A DNA stretch of 63,709 bases, filler included, from a candidate division WOR-3 bacterium (lineage in GTDB: Bacteria > SDB-A), in NCBI GenBank assembly GCA_016934535.1. It is 5 parts of 5 records of this genome, joined end to end, with 100 filler letters (N's around TTAATTAATTAA, not from the genome) between each part and the next. Parts side by side here need not be neighbours in the genome. Positions count along the whole stretch, not along the records: positions 7,597 to 24,524 come from JAFGSQ010000064.1; positions 24,625 to 31,965 come from JAFGSQ010000065.1; 3 more parts are not named here. One strand, 5' to 3'. A model generated the notes under the pieces. The model was given only the letters and a program-made list of their open reading frames with translations, did no database searches and was not told where the DNA came from. A program made the translations under genes and the position numbers. Positions 18,056-27,107 of this stretch are shown piece after piece (the first letter of the stretch is position 1; every line of letters begins with the position of its first letter).

Positions 18056-18934
18056 ATTCATCAATATCAACGAAAGCGATATTGCTGTCAGAGAAACGAA
18101 TTTTTTTGCCGAGATTTTTTCCTTAAAAAATACCGCTCCGGCAACCGTTATGAGCAGAATACTTCCCACTGAATAGAATGAAAATGCCACAGCGGCGGGA
18201 TACTGTCTGAACGAGGATATAAGAAAAAAAGACGAGAAAAGATTGGGGATTCCTACCACAAAACCGGCTAAGGCGTTTTTTTTTAATTTCTCTGTTTTCC
18301 TGAAACCGCCCATGACAGCCGACAGTAAAAAAGCCGTCGCGAATACTGTGGCCAGGAAAAGGTTTTTGTATATTTCGGGAGCATAATTTTCGAAAAGCTT
18401 GTTGGAAAATTCAGCCAATCCTGTGGCTAAAAGAACCCAGAGAATTATGAGCGTGGTTTTTTTTCTGAGCTTTTCTTTTTTCGAAGGTAAGGAGAGAAAA
18501 AAAACAGCCGCCATAGAAAGCAAAACACCGTTTGTTTTCAGCAAAGACATTTGCTCTTTGAAAAGAAAATAAGACAGAACGACCGGCAGAACGACTCCAA
18601 GTTTTGAGAGTGCGCCCGTCAGGGCGACTCCGTTTTCCCGTATACTGGATTGTATGGATAAGAACCCCAACAAATACATCACGCCTCCGGCTAATCCCGT
18701 AAAGGTCGACCAGATAAAAAAGAAATTTGACGGATTTTTGAAAATCAAAGTGAATGCAGATCCGCCGGTTTCCGGATTGAAACCGTCTGTAAAAAGCAGA
18801 AAAAGCGCCGTGGCAAAGGCTGAAAGATAATTGAAAGAAGCCACCTTCATTCTGTCGCAGCCCAGCAGGTCTGCGATTTTAAGAAAAACAGCAACACAAG
18901 AGCTCGAAATGATAGCAAGTAAAATGTAAAGCAT
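18050..18934 (-). CDS. DMT/EamA family transporter
   Basis: About 10 TM in two repeats ending FLFKE and FFKE. Confidence 0.8.
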   Translation of the reverse strand: MLYILLAIISSSCVAVFLKIADLLGCDRMKVASFNYLSAFATALFLLFTDGFNPETGGSAFTLIFKNPSNFFFIWSTFTGLAGGVMYLLGFLSIQSSIRENGVALTGALSKLGVVLPVVLSYFLFKEQMSLLKTNGVLLSMAAVFFLSLPSKKEKLRKKTTLIILWVLLATGLAEFSNKLFENYAPEIYKNLFLATVFATAFLLSAVMGGFRKTEKLKKNALAGFVVGIPNLFSSFFLISSFRQYPAAVAFSFYSVGSILLITVAGAVFFKEKISAKKFVSLTAISLSLILMNL

Positions 18935-18940
18935 GGGGAT

Positions 18941-20503
18941 TTATGAGGAGACTCTGAATTCAAGAGTCTTCGCGAGTGCGAGGAAAAAGATTAAATAAAG
19001 CACTCCGGAAACCAAGACGATGGCAAGAGATGTTTTGAGGCTCAAGGAATGAGCGAAAATGAATTCGGCTGAACGAAGGGTGAAATAAAGAACAGTTGCA
19101 GGAAGCGCCGACGCGAAAAGCGTTTTAAAAGCTCCCTCGGCGAGTTTTGGAAAGGACACTCGGGCGAATTTGAAATGAAACATCATGAGAAGGCAAAGGA
19201 AATTAAATATGCTTGCCATGGAAACAGCCAAAGCAAGACCGTTTATTCCCATTCTTTGCTTAAGAGCAAATACGGAAACAACATTGACGGCGCTTGAAAA
19301 GAAGCTGACGACAACAGGCGTTTTAGTGTCTTTCATTGAATAAAAAGTATTGGAAAGGATTTTTACGAATGAAGTGCCAGCAATCCCTATAAGAAACCAG
19401 CCGAGTATATCTGCCGTGGCAACAGTGCTTTCCGCGCTGAACATGCCGTGCTGGAATATTATTCTCACTAGATGATATCTCAGAACCCACATGAGAAAAC
19501 ATACAGGAAATACGAAAAACATTGCCATTCTCAAAGACCTTATGAGTGCTGACAGGACAAGGTCCGTTCTCATGGAAGACGCATGCCTGGCAGTCTCGGG
19601 AAGAGTGACAGTCGCCAGGCTGACTCCGATAATACCCAGAGGAAAGGTCATAAGCCTGAAGGCGAAAGAGTAATGTGAGACCGCGCCTTCGCCGAGGTGC
19701 GTCGCAAAAGCTTGGTTGACTGCGACGTTTATCCTTGTCGCGATGTATCCTAATGCAACAGGGAGAAAAAGACAGAGAGCCTTTTTAACTGCTTTGTCGG
19801 AGAGACAAATATACAGTTTGTATTTCAGACCTTCCTTTACCGACTTGGGAAGCATTACCACGAATTGAGCCACCGATCCCGCAAGAATTCCTATTGCGAG
19901 AGGGAAGGGAGAGAGGGATCCTGACCTGCCGAATACCCTGAAAAGCAGCAGTGTAACAATTATAGAGACCGCGTTCCAAAGAGCCGGCGCGAGACCGGTC
20001 GTTGTGTAATACCTGAAATAGTTCAAAAAGCCCATTACGAGAGAAGTAGAAGAAGAAATTATTAGCAAAGGAAAAAGAGTTCTTACGAGAGATACTGTCA
20101 GAACCTGCTTTTCAGCGGAATATCCTCCGGCGAAAACCGAGACTATTAAAGGTGCAAAAACAATGCCGAGGGCGCACAACAGACTCGAAAGCACGAGCAG
20201 GATATTGAAAAGGTTGATCGCGAACAGCAGCGCTTTTTTCTTTCCTTCTTTTTCGTTTAGGTCGGAAAAAATCGGAATAAAAGCGGCGTTCATCGTGCCT
20301 TCCGATATGAACTCAAGTATCAAACCGGGTATTATGTAAGCTGTTCTGAAAGCGTCCATGGAAGCGCCTGCTCCGTAAAGCACTGCGTAAACAATTTCCC
20401 TGATGAGGCCGAGAATCCTGCTTATAAAAACTCCGAAAGAAAATTTCCCGGCACTCTTGAGCAGGTTTTTCGTTTCCGAAGTGTTTTTGGAATGAGACAT
20501 CAT
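18941..20503 (-). CDS. murJ: Lipid II flippase MurJ (MviN)
   Basis: SRILGLIRE, EGTMNAAFIP, FYSMKDTKTP; about 14 TM. Confidence 0.93.
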   Translation of the reverse strand: MMSHSKNTSETKNLLKSAGKFSFGVFISRILGLIREIVYAVLYGAGASMDAFRTAYIIPGLILEFISEGTMNAAFIPIFSDLNEKEGKKKALLFAINLFNILLVLSSLLCALGIVFAPLIVSVFAGGYSAEKQVLTVSLVRTLFPLLIISSSTSLVMGFLNYFRYYTTTGLAPALWNAVSIIVTLLLFRVFGRSGSLSPFPLAIGILAGSVAQFVVMLPKSVKEGLKYKLYICLSDKAVKKALCLFLPVALGYIATRINVAVNQAFATHLGEGAVSHYSFAFRLMTFPLGIIGVSLATVTLPETARHASSMRTDLVLSALIRSLRMAMFFVFPVCFLMWVLRYHLVRIIFQHGMFSAESTVATADILGWFLIGIAGTSFVKILSNTFYSMKDTKTPVVVSFFSSAVNVVSVFALKQRMGINGLALAVSMASIFNFLCLLMMFHFKFARVSFPKLAEGAFKTLFASALPATVLYFTLRSAEFIFAHSLSLKTSLAIVLVSGVLYLIFFLALAKTLEFRVSS

Positions 20504-20598
20504 AAGAGTAAAAATATCAAATTAGACGCGATTTCAAAAGCCCAATCTGCCTTATGCTGTATAAAGTAAAACCTGTGAAAGACTCACGGGGAAATCAG

Positions 20599-20626
20599 TT
20601 GACATATTATCTTTACATATTATCAT
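20599..20626 (+). promoter_or_regulatory. Sigma70-like promoter containing a 10-bp direct repeat
   Basis: TTGACA-16-TATCAT; ACATATTATC at 20602 and 20615. Confidence 0.45.
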
Positions 20627-20682
20627 TAAAATGTATTGGCGAGTTTGCTATGAATATCATTTAAATTTCGCGAGGGCACCGC

Positions 20683-22065
20683 TTGAAAATCAAACCATTA
20701 GGAGCCGTTAGAACCGTGACCGGCTCCATGCATCTTTTGGAGTCTTCACGTAATGTTAAATGCATTCTCGATTGCGGCCTATATCAGGGAAAAAGAGCCG
20801 ATTCGAATTCCCTCAACAGAAATTTAAAAACAGACCCTTCGTCCGTGGAAAGCGTTGTGATATCTCACGCGCACATAGACCATTGCGGATTGCTTCCTTA
20901 TTTTGTAAAAAAGGGTTTCAGAGGGCACATCTTCATGACTCCAGCTACGAGAGAATTGACGGAATTGCTTCTCTTGGACAGCGCCCATCTTCAGTTCAAG
21001 GACGCCGAATACATCAACAGAAAAAAAAAGGCGGAAGACCCCGAGATAGTGCCTCTTTACACAGGCGAAGATGTCGAAGCCGTGTTTGAACTGGTCAAGG
21101 TCAAGAATTTCGGAGAACCTTTCGAAGCCGCTTCAGGACTGACAGCGAGATTTTTGAGAGCGGGACACATTCTCGGTTCAGCTATGGTTGAGGTATCTGA
21201 AAAAGACAAAACCCTGCTTTTTTCAGGCGATCTCGGGAGGATGAACGCACCTCTGCTGAAAGACCCGGAACATGTAAAAGATACAAAAATAGATTGCCTT
21301 CTCATTGAAAGCACTTACGGAGGAAAAAAACACCACGGTTTTGAAGAAGCGAAGGATAGGATGGTCTTTGCCGTGGAAAAAATAAGCCGAACAAGTGGAA
21401 AACTTATAATACCTGCTTTTTCGGTAGGAAGGACTCAGGATATTGTCTATACGCTTCACGAACTGATGCTTGAAAGGAGAATTCCTTCGACCATAGAAAT
21501 ATTCGTGGACAGTCCCCTTTCGACAAACGTCACGGAGATTTACAGACAGCACTTCTACGAACTTGACGAAAAATCCATGGAAATGATGGCAAAAGACGGA
21601 GATCCTTTCGGCTTTGGAAAACTTAAATACACAAAAAGCGTCGAACAGTCCAAAGAATTGAACGAAAAAGAGGGTCCGATAATTATTATATCGGCCAGTG
21701 GCATGTGCGAGGGCGGCAGGATAGTTCACCACCTCAAAAATAACATTGAAGACGAAAAAAACGTGATTTTGATAGTTAGTTTTCAGGCCGTCAACACTCT
21801 CGGAAGGAGAATAGCAGACGGAATGAAGGAAATAAAAATATTCGGAAAGGATTACGAAGTGAGAGCCGAAGTCCTGACGAACAACGAATGGAGCGCTCAC
21901 GCTGATGGAACAGAGCTTTTTAATTTTATAAAAGAAGTCAATCCCGGGAAAACCTTACTCGTTCACGGCGAAATTAATCAGATGGAAGCGCTGAAAGCAA
22001 AGATCGACGAAACCGGAATACCGGCCGGCATACCTGATAACGGCGAAGGTTTCGTTGAAGTGTGA
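20683..22065 (+). CDS. MBL-fold beta-CASP ribonuclease
   Basis: SHAHIDHCG, GHILG, SGDLG, ESTYG, SASGMCEGGRI, SAHAD, LVHGE. Confidence 0.92.
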   Translation: MKIKPLGAVRTVTGSMHLLESSRNVKCILDCGLYQGKRADSNSLNRNLKTDPSSVESVVISHAHIDHCGLLPYFVKKGFRGHIFMTPATRELTELLLLDSAHLQFKDAEYINRKKKAEDPEIVPLYTGEDVEAVFELVKVKNFGEPFEAASGLTARFLRAGHILGSAMVEVSEKDKTLLFSGDLGRMNAPLLKDPEHVKDTKIDCLLIESTYGGKKHHGFEEAKDRMVFAVEKISRTSGKLIIPAFSVGRTQDIVYTLHELMLERRIPSTIEIFVDSPLSTNVTEIYRQHFYELDEKSMEMMAKDGDPFGFGKLKYTKSVEQSKELNEKEGPIIIISASGMCEGGRIVHHLKNNIEDEKNVILIVSFQAVNTLGRRIADGMKEIKIFGKDYEVRAEVLTNNEWSAHADGTELFNFIKEVNPGKTLLVHGEINQMEALKAKIDETGIPAGIPDNGEGFVEV

Positions 22066-22079
22066 AGAAAGGAGACACG

Positions 22080-23000
22080 ATGGAGGATGTCAAAAGTAAG
22101 TGGAAAAAAATGAATGAAGATTTCATTCAGTTCCTGATTTTTGAAAAGGGCGCCAGCCCGAACACTCTTAACGCTTACAAAAATGACATAAAACAACTTT
22201 CAGACTTCTGTGTCGGTATGAAATTATGTCCGGAAAGCATTAAGTTTGAACACATGCTGGATTTTTCAGAAAAGATGGCGGAATCAGGACTCAAGCGCGC
22301 TTCACTGAGCAGAAAAGTTTCTTCGATAAATCATTTTTTCAGTTTTCTTAAAAATAATGAAATCATCCAGTTCAACCCGGCTTCAGATCTCGTTGTTTCA
22401 CGGAGCAAAAGAACCCTTCCCTCACCGCTTTCGATAGACGAAATCGAAAAAATTTTCAAAACAATCGGGGAGAAAACGCCCGAAAACGTAAGAGACAGGG
22501 CAATTTTCGAGCTTATTTATTCCTCCGGATTGAGAGTTTCCGAGATATGTTCAATGAAGTTCAACTCACTGATGTGGGATGAACAGCTGGTAAGAATAAC
22601 CGGAAAGGGTAACAAAGAAAGGCTCATCCCCTTCGGCGATTGCGCCGCTTTGGCTTTAAAAAAATACCTGGAAGCGGCAAGACCGAAACTGCTGAACGGC
22701 AAAAAGGATTCCGACAAAGTGTTTTTGAGTTCGAGAGGAAGGCCGATCTCAAGGCAGATGATTTGGATAAGACTCAAAAGAGCGGCTAAAGAAGCGGGAA
22801 TAAGAAAAGACATTCATCCTCACACGCTGAGGCATTCTTTTGCCACGCACCTTCTAAAAGGAGGAGCGGATTTAAGAGCGGTACAGGAGCTTTTAGGTCA
22901 TTCTTCGATCAGCACGACGCAGATATATACGGAGCTCGACAGGGACACGCTTAAAGAGATTTTGAAGACGTGCCACCCCAGGGAGAAAATGAATGAATGA
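22080..23000 (+). CDS. xerD: Site-specific tyrosine recombinase XerD
   Basis: YSSGLRVSE, GKGNKER, HTLRHSFATHLLKGGADLRAVQELLGHSSISTTQIYT, HPR. Confidence 0.9.
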   Translation: MEDVKSKWKKMNEDFIQFLIFEKGASPNTLNAYKNDIKQLSDFCVGMKLCPESIKFEHMLDFSEKMAESGLKRASLSRKVSSINHFFSFLKNNEIIQFNPASDLVVSRSKRTLPSPLSIDEIEKIFKTIGEKTPENVRDRAIFELIYSSGLRVSEICSMKFNSLMWDEQLVRITGKGNKERLIPFGDCAALALKKYLEAARPKLLNGKKDSDKVFLSSRGRPISRQMIWIRLKRAAKEAGIRKDIHPHTLRHSFATHLLKGGADLRAVQELLGHSSISTTQIYTELDRDTLKEILKTCHPREKMNE

Positions 23001-24524
23001 TGTCCCCGGCAATGAAAAATCAGAGAAAATAGACGACATAGCCGACGAAATGTCTTCGAGTCTTATGGAAGGATTCGATCAGGCTCACAGAGATCATTTA
23101 CAAGAGCAGGAAAACAAAGTTCTCGAAGAGAGCATAAGGGAACTCATCGAAAAAAGGGACAGCATCGTCAGTGAAATTGACGAATGGGAAAAAATTAAAA
23201 GCACAGTAAAAGAAAAAGCCGAAGAATACGAAAACCTTAAATCCCTCGCTGAAGAAAAGAAAAGAGAAACGGAAAAACTTTCCTGCGAATCCGAAGACCT
23301 TGAGGCGATAATAAAAGACCTCGAATCAGACATTTATAGAATTTCAGAAGAAAAGCTTTCCGCCGAAAAAGAAACTAAAAATCTCAATGAAGAAATTTCA
23401 ATTCTGAAAAAAAGAAAGGAAGAAGAAACCGGCAACCTGACTGAAGTTGAAAATCACATTGAGAGTCTTTCGGAAAAAATCATGCAGTATTCAGCTGAGA
23501 TTGATTCTCTCGCAGGTGAAAAAAAAGAGAAAATCAAAGAACTCGAAAAGGTTGGTGACGAACTCGCGGAGAAAAAAAGCTCTCTCGATGAGATGCATTC
23601 TGAGATAGAAAAAGGCAGAAAAATAATCGAAGAAAACCAGATGGCTTTGGACGGCATTTTTCAGCAGAGAGAACGTACCATGATAGATATAGACATAGTC
23701 AAAAACGAGATTACTTCGCTGAGTCGGACAAAGAAAATAACTTCGGAAGAAATCTCGGCTTTGACGGAAGAGAGGGATCGTTTAAAAGAAATCTGCGAAG
23801 CTGATGAAAAACGCAACGCGGAGCTTCAAGCTGAATTCGACAGACTCCAGATGGAAGCAGGATCAACATCTATGGAGAAAGACTTCATCGAGCAGGAAAT
23901 CTCTTCGAAGAAAAATGAAATCACTGAGCTGGAAGAAAATTACAAAATAAAGCAAAGCAAATTGACTCTCCTTGGAGAAGACATTGAAAAGCTTGAATCG
24001 GAAACCGAAAAATGCAAAGAGACGCTTCGGAACCTGATAAGTGAAAAAGAAAAATTGGAGAATGAAAGTTCAGAGCTTTCCATGCGAAGAGACAACGTCG
24101 AGATAGAACTGAACAACCTGAACGAAACCATCGCGTCTTTTAAAGAAGAAGCCGAAGTATCGGAAAAAATTCTGAATGACCTGCTGAATGATATAGGTTC
24201 GGCTGAAAAAGAAATCAGCGACAAAAAACGTGAAATAGAGAACAACCTGAGTTCTTACGAATCCGAACTTTCAACGCTTAAGGAAAATACTGAAAAAGAA
24301 AAAAAATCGCTAGCAGAGATATTGGAAAGAAAAGCTCTCCTCGAGAAAGAAAAAGATGAAATTGCATGGAAAATCCTCGAGGAATCCCAAAAATCAGGCA
24401 GGCTCGAGAAGGAGCGATCGGAGCTGGAGGTGTCGGTATCGGAGCTGAAGGGGAGGAACGCCGGCTTAAGTTCGGAGATAGACCGAAGCAACGAGAAACT
24501 GATAGAGCTGAGCAACGAGACAAC
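22993..24524 (+). CDS. Long coiled-coil protein, truncated by contig end
   Basis: More than 500 aa of E/K-rich heptad pattern; no Walker A at the N-terminus; overlaps the xerD stop. Confidence 0.75.
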
Positions 24525-24624
24525 NNNNNNNNNNNNNNNNNNNNNNNNNNNNNNNNNNNNNNNNNNNNTTAATTAATTAANNNNNNNNNNNNNNNNNNNN
24601 NNNNNNNNNNNNNNNNNNNNNNNN
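24525..24624. other. Artificial contig linker
   Basis: N-run with TTAATTAATTAA. Confidence 0.99.
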
Positions 24625-24710
24625 GAATCCCGACAATCCCCTAAATGCCAGAGACCCTTGTGGACAAATGAATCTCTTCAATTTATAATGATTTTATTAG
24701 GACACTAGTG
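24625..24710 (+). mobile_element. Insertion sequence right end, copy 2
   Basis: Identical to 7597-7682. Confidence 0.75.
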
Positions 24711-24711
24711 T

Positions 24712-25194
24712 TTTAAATCATATTATGAACATCCTTTGAACTTTTACGGTTACGGTGTCGCTGAATACGTAAAAGTAGTAAATTCTAACAACAACACGGG
24801 TCAGGTATATCTGGGCACATACACATCTTCGATGACGAACCCCGATAATTATTATCCCTATCTCACTTACAAATCCAATCCAGTTTTGACACCTTATGAA
24901 CAGCTCTCGGAAGTAGAAATTTCTGGACACGATATTACAAATTTTCAAGTAAATAATTTAAGCGGAGGAGTTGAATTTTCTTTTGTTCTTGAAAATGATG
25001 CCAATCTCGACATATCAATTTTCGACATTAACGGAAGAAAAGTTTCTGAAGAAAACAGTGTTTTCTTCAATTCCGGTATAGCAAATTACAGATGGGAAAG
25101 AAACAGTTCAGACATATCGAGCGGGACATACTTCTTAGTAATAAACAGCGGGGGAAAAACTCTTCACAAGGGCAAATTCGCGATTTTTGAATAA
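24712..25194 (+). pseudogene. 3' remnant of a secreted protein gene with T9SS-type C-terminal domain, apparently IS-interrupted
   Basis: Frame open back to the IS junction (FKSYYEHPLNFYG...); no signal peptide or RBS; C-terminus IFDINGRKV...SSGTYFLVI. Confidence 0.6.
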
Positions 25195-25205
25195 CAAGAA
25201 AATTG

Positions 25206-25249
25206 AAAACAAAAAAAGGGCAAGAGTGATCTTGCCCTTTTTTTGTTTT
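25206..25249. terminator. Bidirectional intrinsic terminator
   Basis: A-tract, GGGCAAGA-gtga-TCTTGCCC, T-tract, between convergent genes. Confidence 0.85.
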
Positions 25250-25257
25250 TGTGATGT

Positions 25258-26052
25258 CTAGAAAGCTCCGCGGAAACCCTGGACGGGCTGCCACCAGTAA
25301 CGGAAATAAAGGTCTTTTGTGTTAAGTGAAGTTACAAGAATTCTGACATAATGACCATTTGATAGTTCTACCCAGAAATAATTCGTTGTATTAAGAGGAA
25401 TCTGGGTTATAGCTGCCCATGCAGGAGGATTTAAACCAGTCGGAGGTGCGAAATGTGTATATGTGCCGTTTACATCACTTGCCAGGTATGTTGTTTTTGT
25501 GCCAGTTGAAGGAGAAGTTTGACCCCCAACAAAATATAAATTGTTTGAAGTGTTATTATCGTACAGGAATATATCGATTAATGATGCGTTGTATGGTGGA
25601 TTTCCCGTCGCTTGTGAAGACATCAAATAACCGTTACCTGAATTGTCCCAGTAAAAACATGAAAGATAAGAACTGTGAGTCCATTCACCTATGTGGAAAC
25701 CCGATTGTTCGACCGGATTTGTTGTAACAGATGAAGACCAAGTGCTCGTATCATTGTCTACAAAAGTTCTCACTCTGTATGATCCGAGTTCTGTCGGATT
25801 GTTGTGCGTATAACTTGTGCCTGTCACAACGGCATAACCTTTTGTTCCGGGGTATTCGATCTGGTATGAATCAGCATTTGTGACTGCATACCAAGTGATT
25901 ACTAATCCCATCCCATCCATTGTCGCATCGATGGCAACATTAGTAGGTGCTGCAGCAGTTCCACCGCCTGGATTTGTCGGACTGTCGTCTTTGGTACAGC
26001 CAAAAACTGCTAACGAAGCTACAGCAATGACCAACAATAATATTTTCTTCAT
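25258..26052 (-). CDS. Lipoprotein with Fn3-like N-terminal domain
   Basis: Lipobox VFG-C; APTNV...ITWYAVTNADSYQIEY...YRVRT Fn3-like pattern. Confidence 0.65.
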   Translation of the reverse strand: MKKILLLVIAVASLAVFGCTKDDSPTNPGGGTAAAPTNVAIDATMDGMGLVITWYAVTNADSYQIEYPGTKGYAVVTGTSYTHNNPTELGSYRVRTFVDNDTSTWSSSVTTNPVEQSGFHIGEWTHSSYLSCFYWDNSGNGYLMSSQATGNPPYNASLIDIFLYDNNTSNNLYFVGGQTSPSTGTKTTYLASDVNGTYTHFAPPTGLNPPAWAAITQIPLNTTNYFWVELSNGHYVRILVTSLNTKDLYFRYWWQPVQGFRGAF

Positions 26053-26063
26053 CTTTCCTCCTT

Positions 26064-26420
26064 TTATTTTATTGGAACAATAGGAATTGTAGGGTGTGTT
26101 TGCAAAGGCGGTTTGTCAGGATTATGCAATCCGTATATAACGCTGTCGAGAGAGTCATTGGCTCTTTTTAACACGACATTTTCTTCGCGTAATCTTAGTA
26201 TATCATCCTGAATTTCTGACAATCCGACACTGTCAATTGTTATATTGCTGTATTTTGCCAGTTCTGTTTCCAACTCGGAAATCTTTGCCTCATATTGGAT
26301 TGATTTATCCTGATATATCTTGAGTTCTTGACGAAGCTGTTCCAATTGTGCATTGTTTGAACAACCAGCAAATAATACTGCAATAAGTAAAATCGCAAGA
26401 ATAAATGGTCCTTGTTTCAT
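26064..26420 (-). CDS. Small coiled-coil lipoprotein (Lpp-like architecture)
   Basis: Lipobox FAG-C, heptad repeats, C-terminus HPTIPIVPIK. Confidence 0.7.
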   Translation of the reverse strand: MKQGPFILAILLIAVLFAGCSNNAQLEQLRQELKIYQDKSIQYEAKISELETELAKYSNITIDSVGLSEIQDDILRLREENVVLKRANDSLDSVIYGLHNPDKPPLQTHPTIPIVPIK

Positions 26421-26434
26421 TATGCTTCAAGCCT

Positions 26435-26812
26435 TTACTTTATTGGAGTAATCGGTATCGTCGGATGACCACCGCCGCCTGATGAGCCGCCGCCAGAAGT
26501 CGAACCTGCTTTGAGTTTTTCAATGACTTGTATCAGTGAATCATTTGTAGTTTTTAAAGTAGCAATTTCTTCATTCAAAGCGTCCATCTCTTCTTGGATT
26601 TCTTCAATATCCATATCGCCGAAATCTTCGATCTGGGTTTCGAGAGTCGCGACTTTATCAGTGAGAGTCGCATTTTCTTTAGTCAGGTCTTCAATCTTTG
26701 TCTGAGCTGTTTTGAGATCATCGAGAATTTTCTGGCTGTTTCCCATCATCGAACAACCAACTGCAAAAACAAGAACCAGACACATCACGGTTGCTAATGT
26801 TAGCTTTTTCAT
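26435..26812 (-). CDS. Small coiled-coil lipoprotein, probable paralog of 26064-26420
   Basis: Lipobox AVG-C, heptads, Gly/Ser linker, C-terminus HPTIPITPIK; AGGAGG RBS. Confidence 0.7.
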   Translation of the reverse strand: MKKLTLATVMCLVLVFAVGCSMMGNSQKILDDLKTAQTKIEDLTKENATLTDKVATLETQIEDFGDMDIEEIQEEMDALNEEIATLKTTNDSLIQVIEKLKAGSTSGGGSSGGGGHPTIPITPIK

Positions 26813-26975
26813 ACTACCTCCTTAGTTTTAACTTATTATGTTAGCAGATGAAATATGAAAGGTCAAGAACGAGTAACTCTTAACGGATAAAAAATCTTGA
26901 CTGATGAGTTGTTCTGTTGTAAAAATTGACGGATATTTGGATATATTCGCTCTTTGAACATAGAATACTTTTTTT

Positions 26976-27059
26976 GCCGGGGTGGCGGAATTGGCAGACG
27001 CACCAGCTTGAGGGGCTGGCGGGAGAAATCTCGTCTGGGTTCAAGTCCCAGTCCCGGCA
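26976..27059 (+). tRNA. tRNA-Leu(GAG), CCA not encoded
   Basis: Cloverleaf GCCGGGG...TCCCGGCA; anticodon arm CCAGC-TTGAGGG-GCTGG; long variable arm; GTTCAAGT T-loop. Confidence 0.96.
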
Positions 27060-27107
27060 TTTTTCTTTTTAAATTGTTTTTTACCGCCTCTCCGATATAA
27101 TCTCTCT

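Noticed and set aside
20574-20588. TGTGA-N5-TCACG as a CRP/FNR site
   Set aside because: Spacer is 5 nt rather than 6; single weak instance
22080-23000. Tyrosine recombinase as a phage/island integrase
   Set aside because: Motifs and length match housekeeping XerD; no att sites or mobile genes nearby
22993-24524. Coiled-coil protein as SMC
   Set aside because: No N-terminal Walker A head and no hinge visible
26863-27060. 65-aa minus-strand ORF
   Set aside because: Antisense shadow of tRNA-Leu
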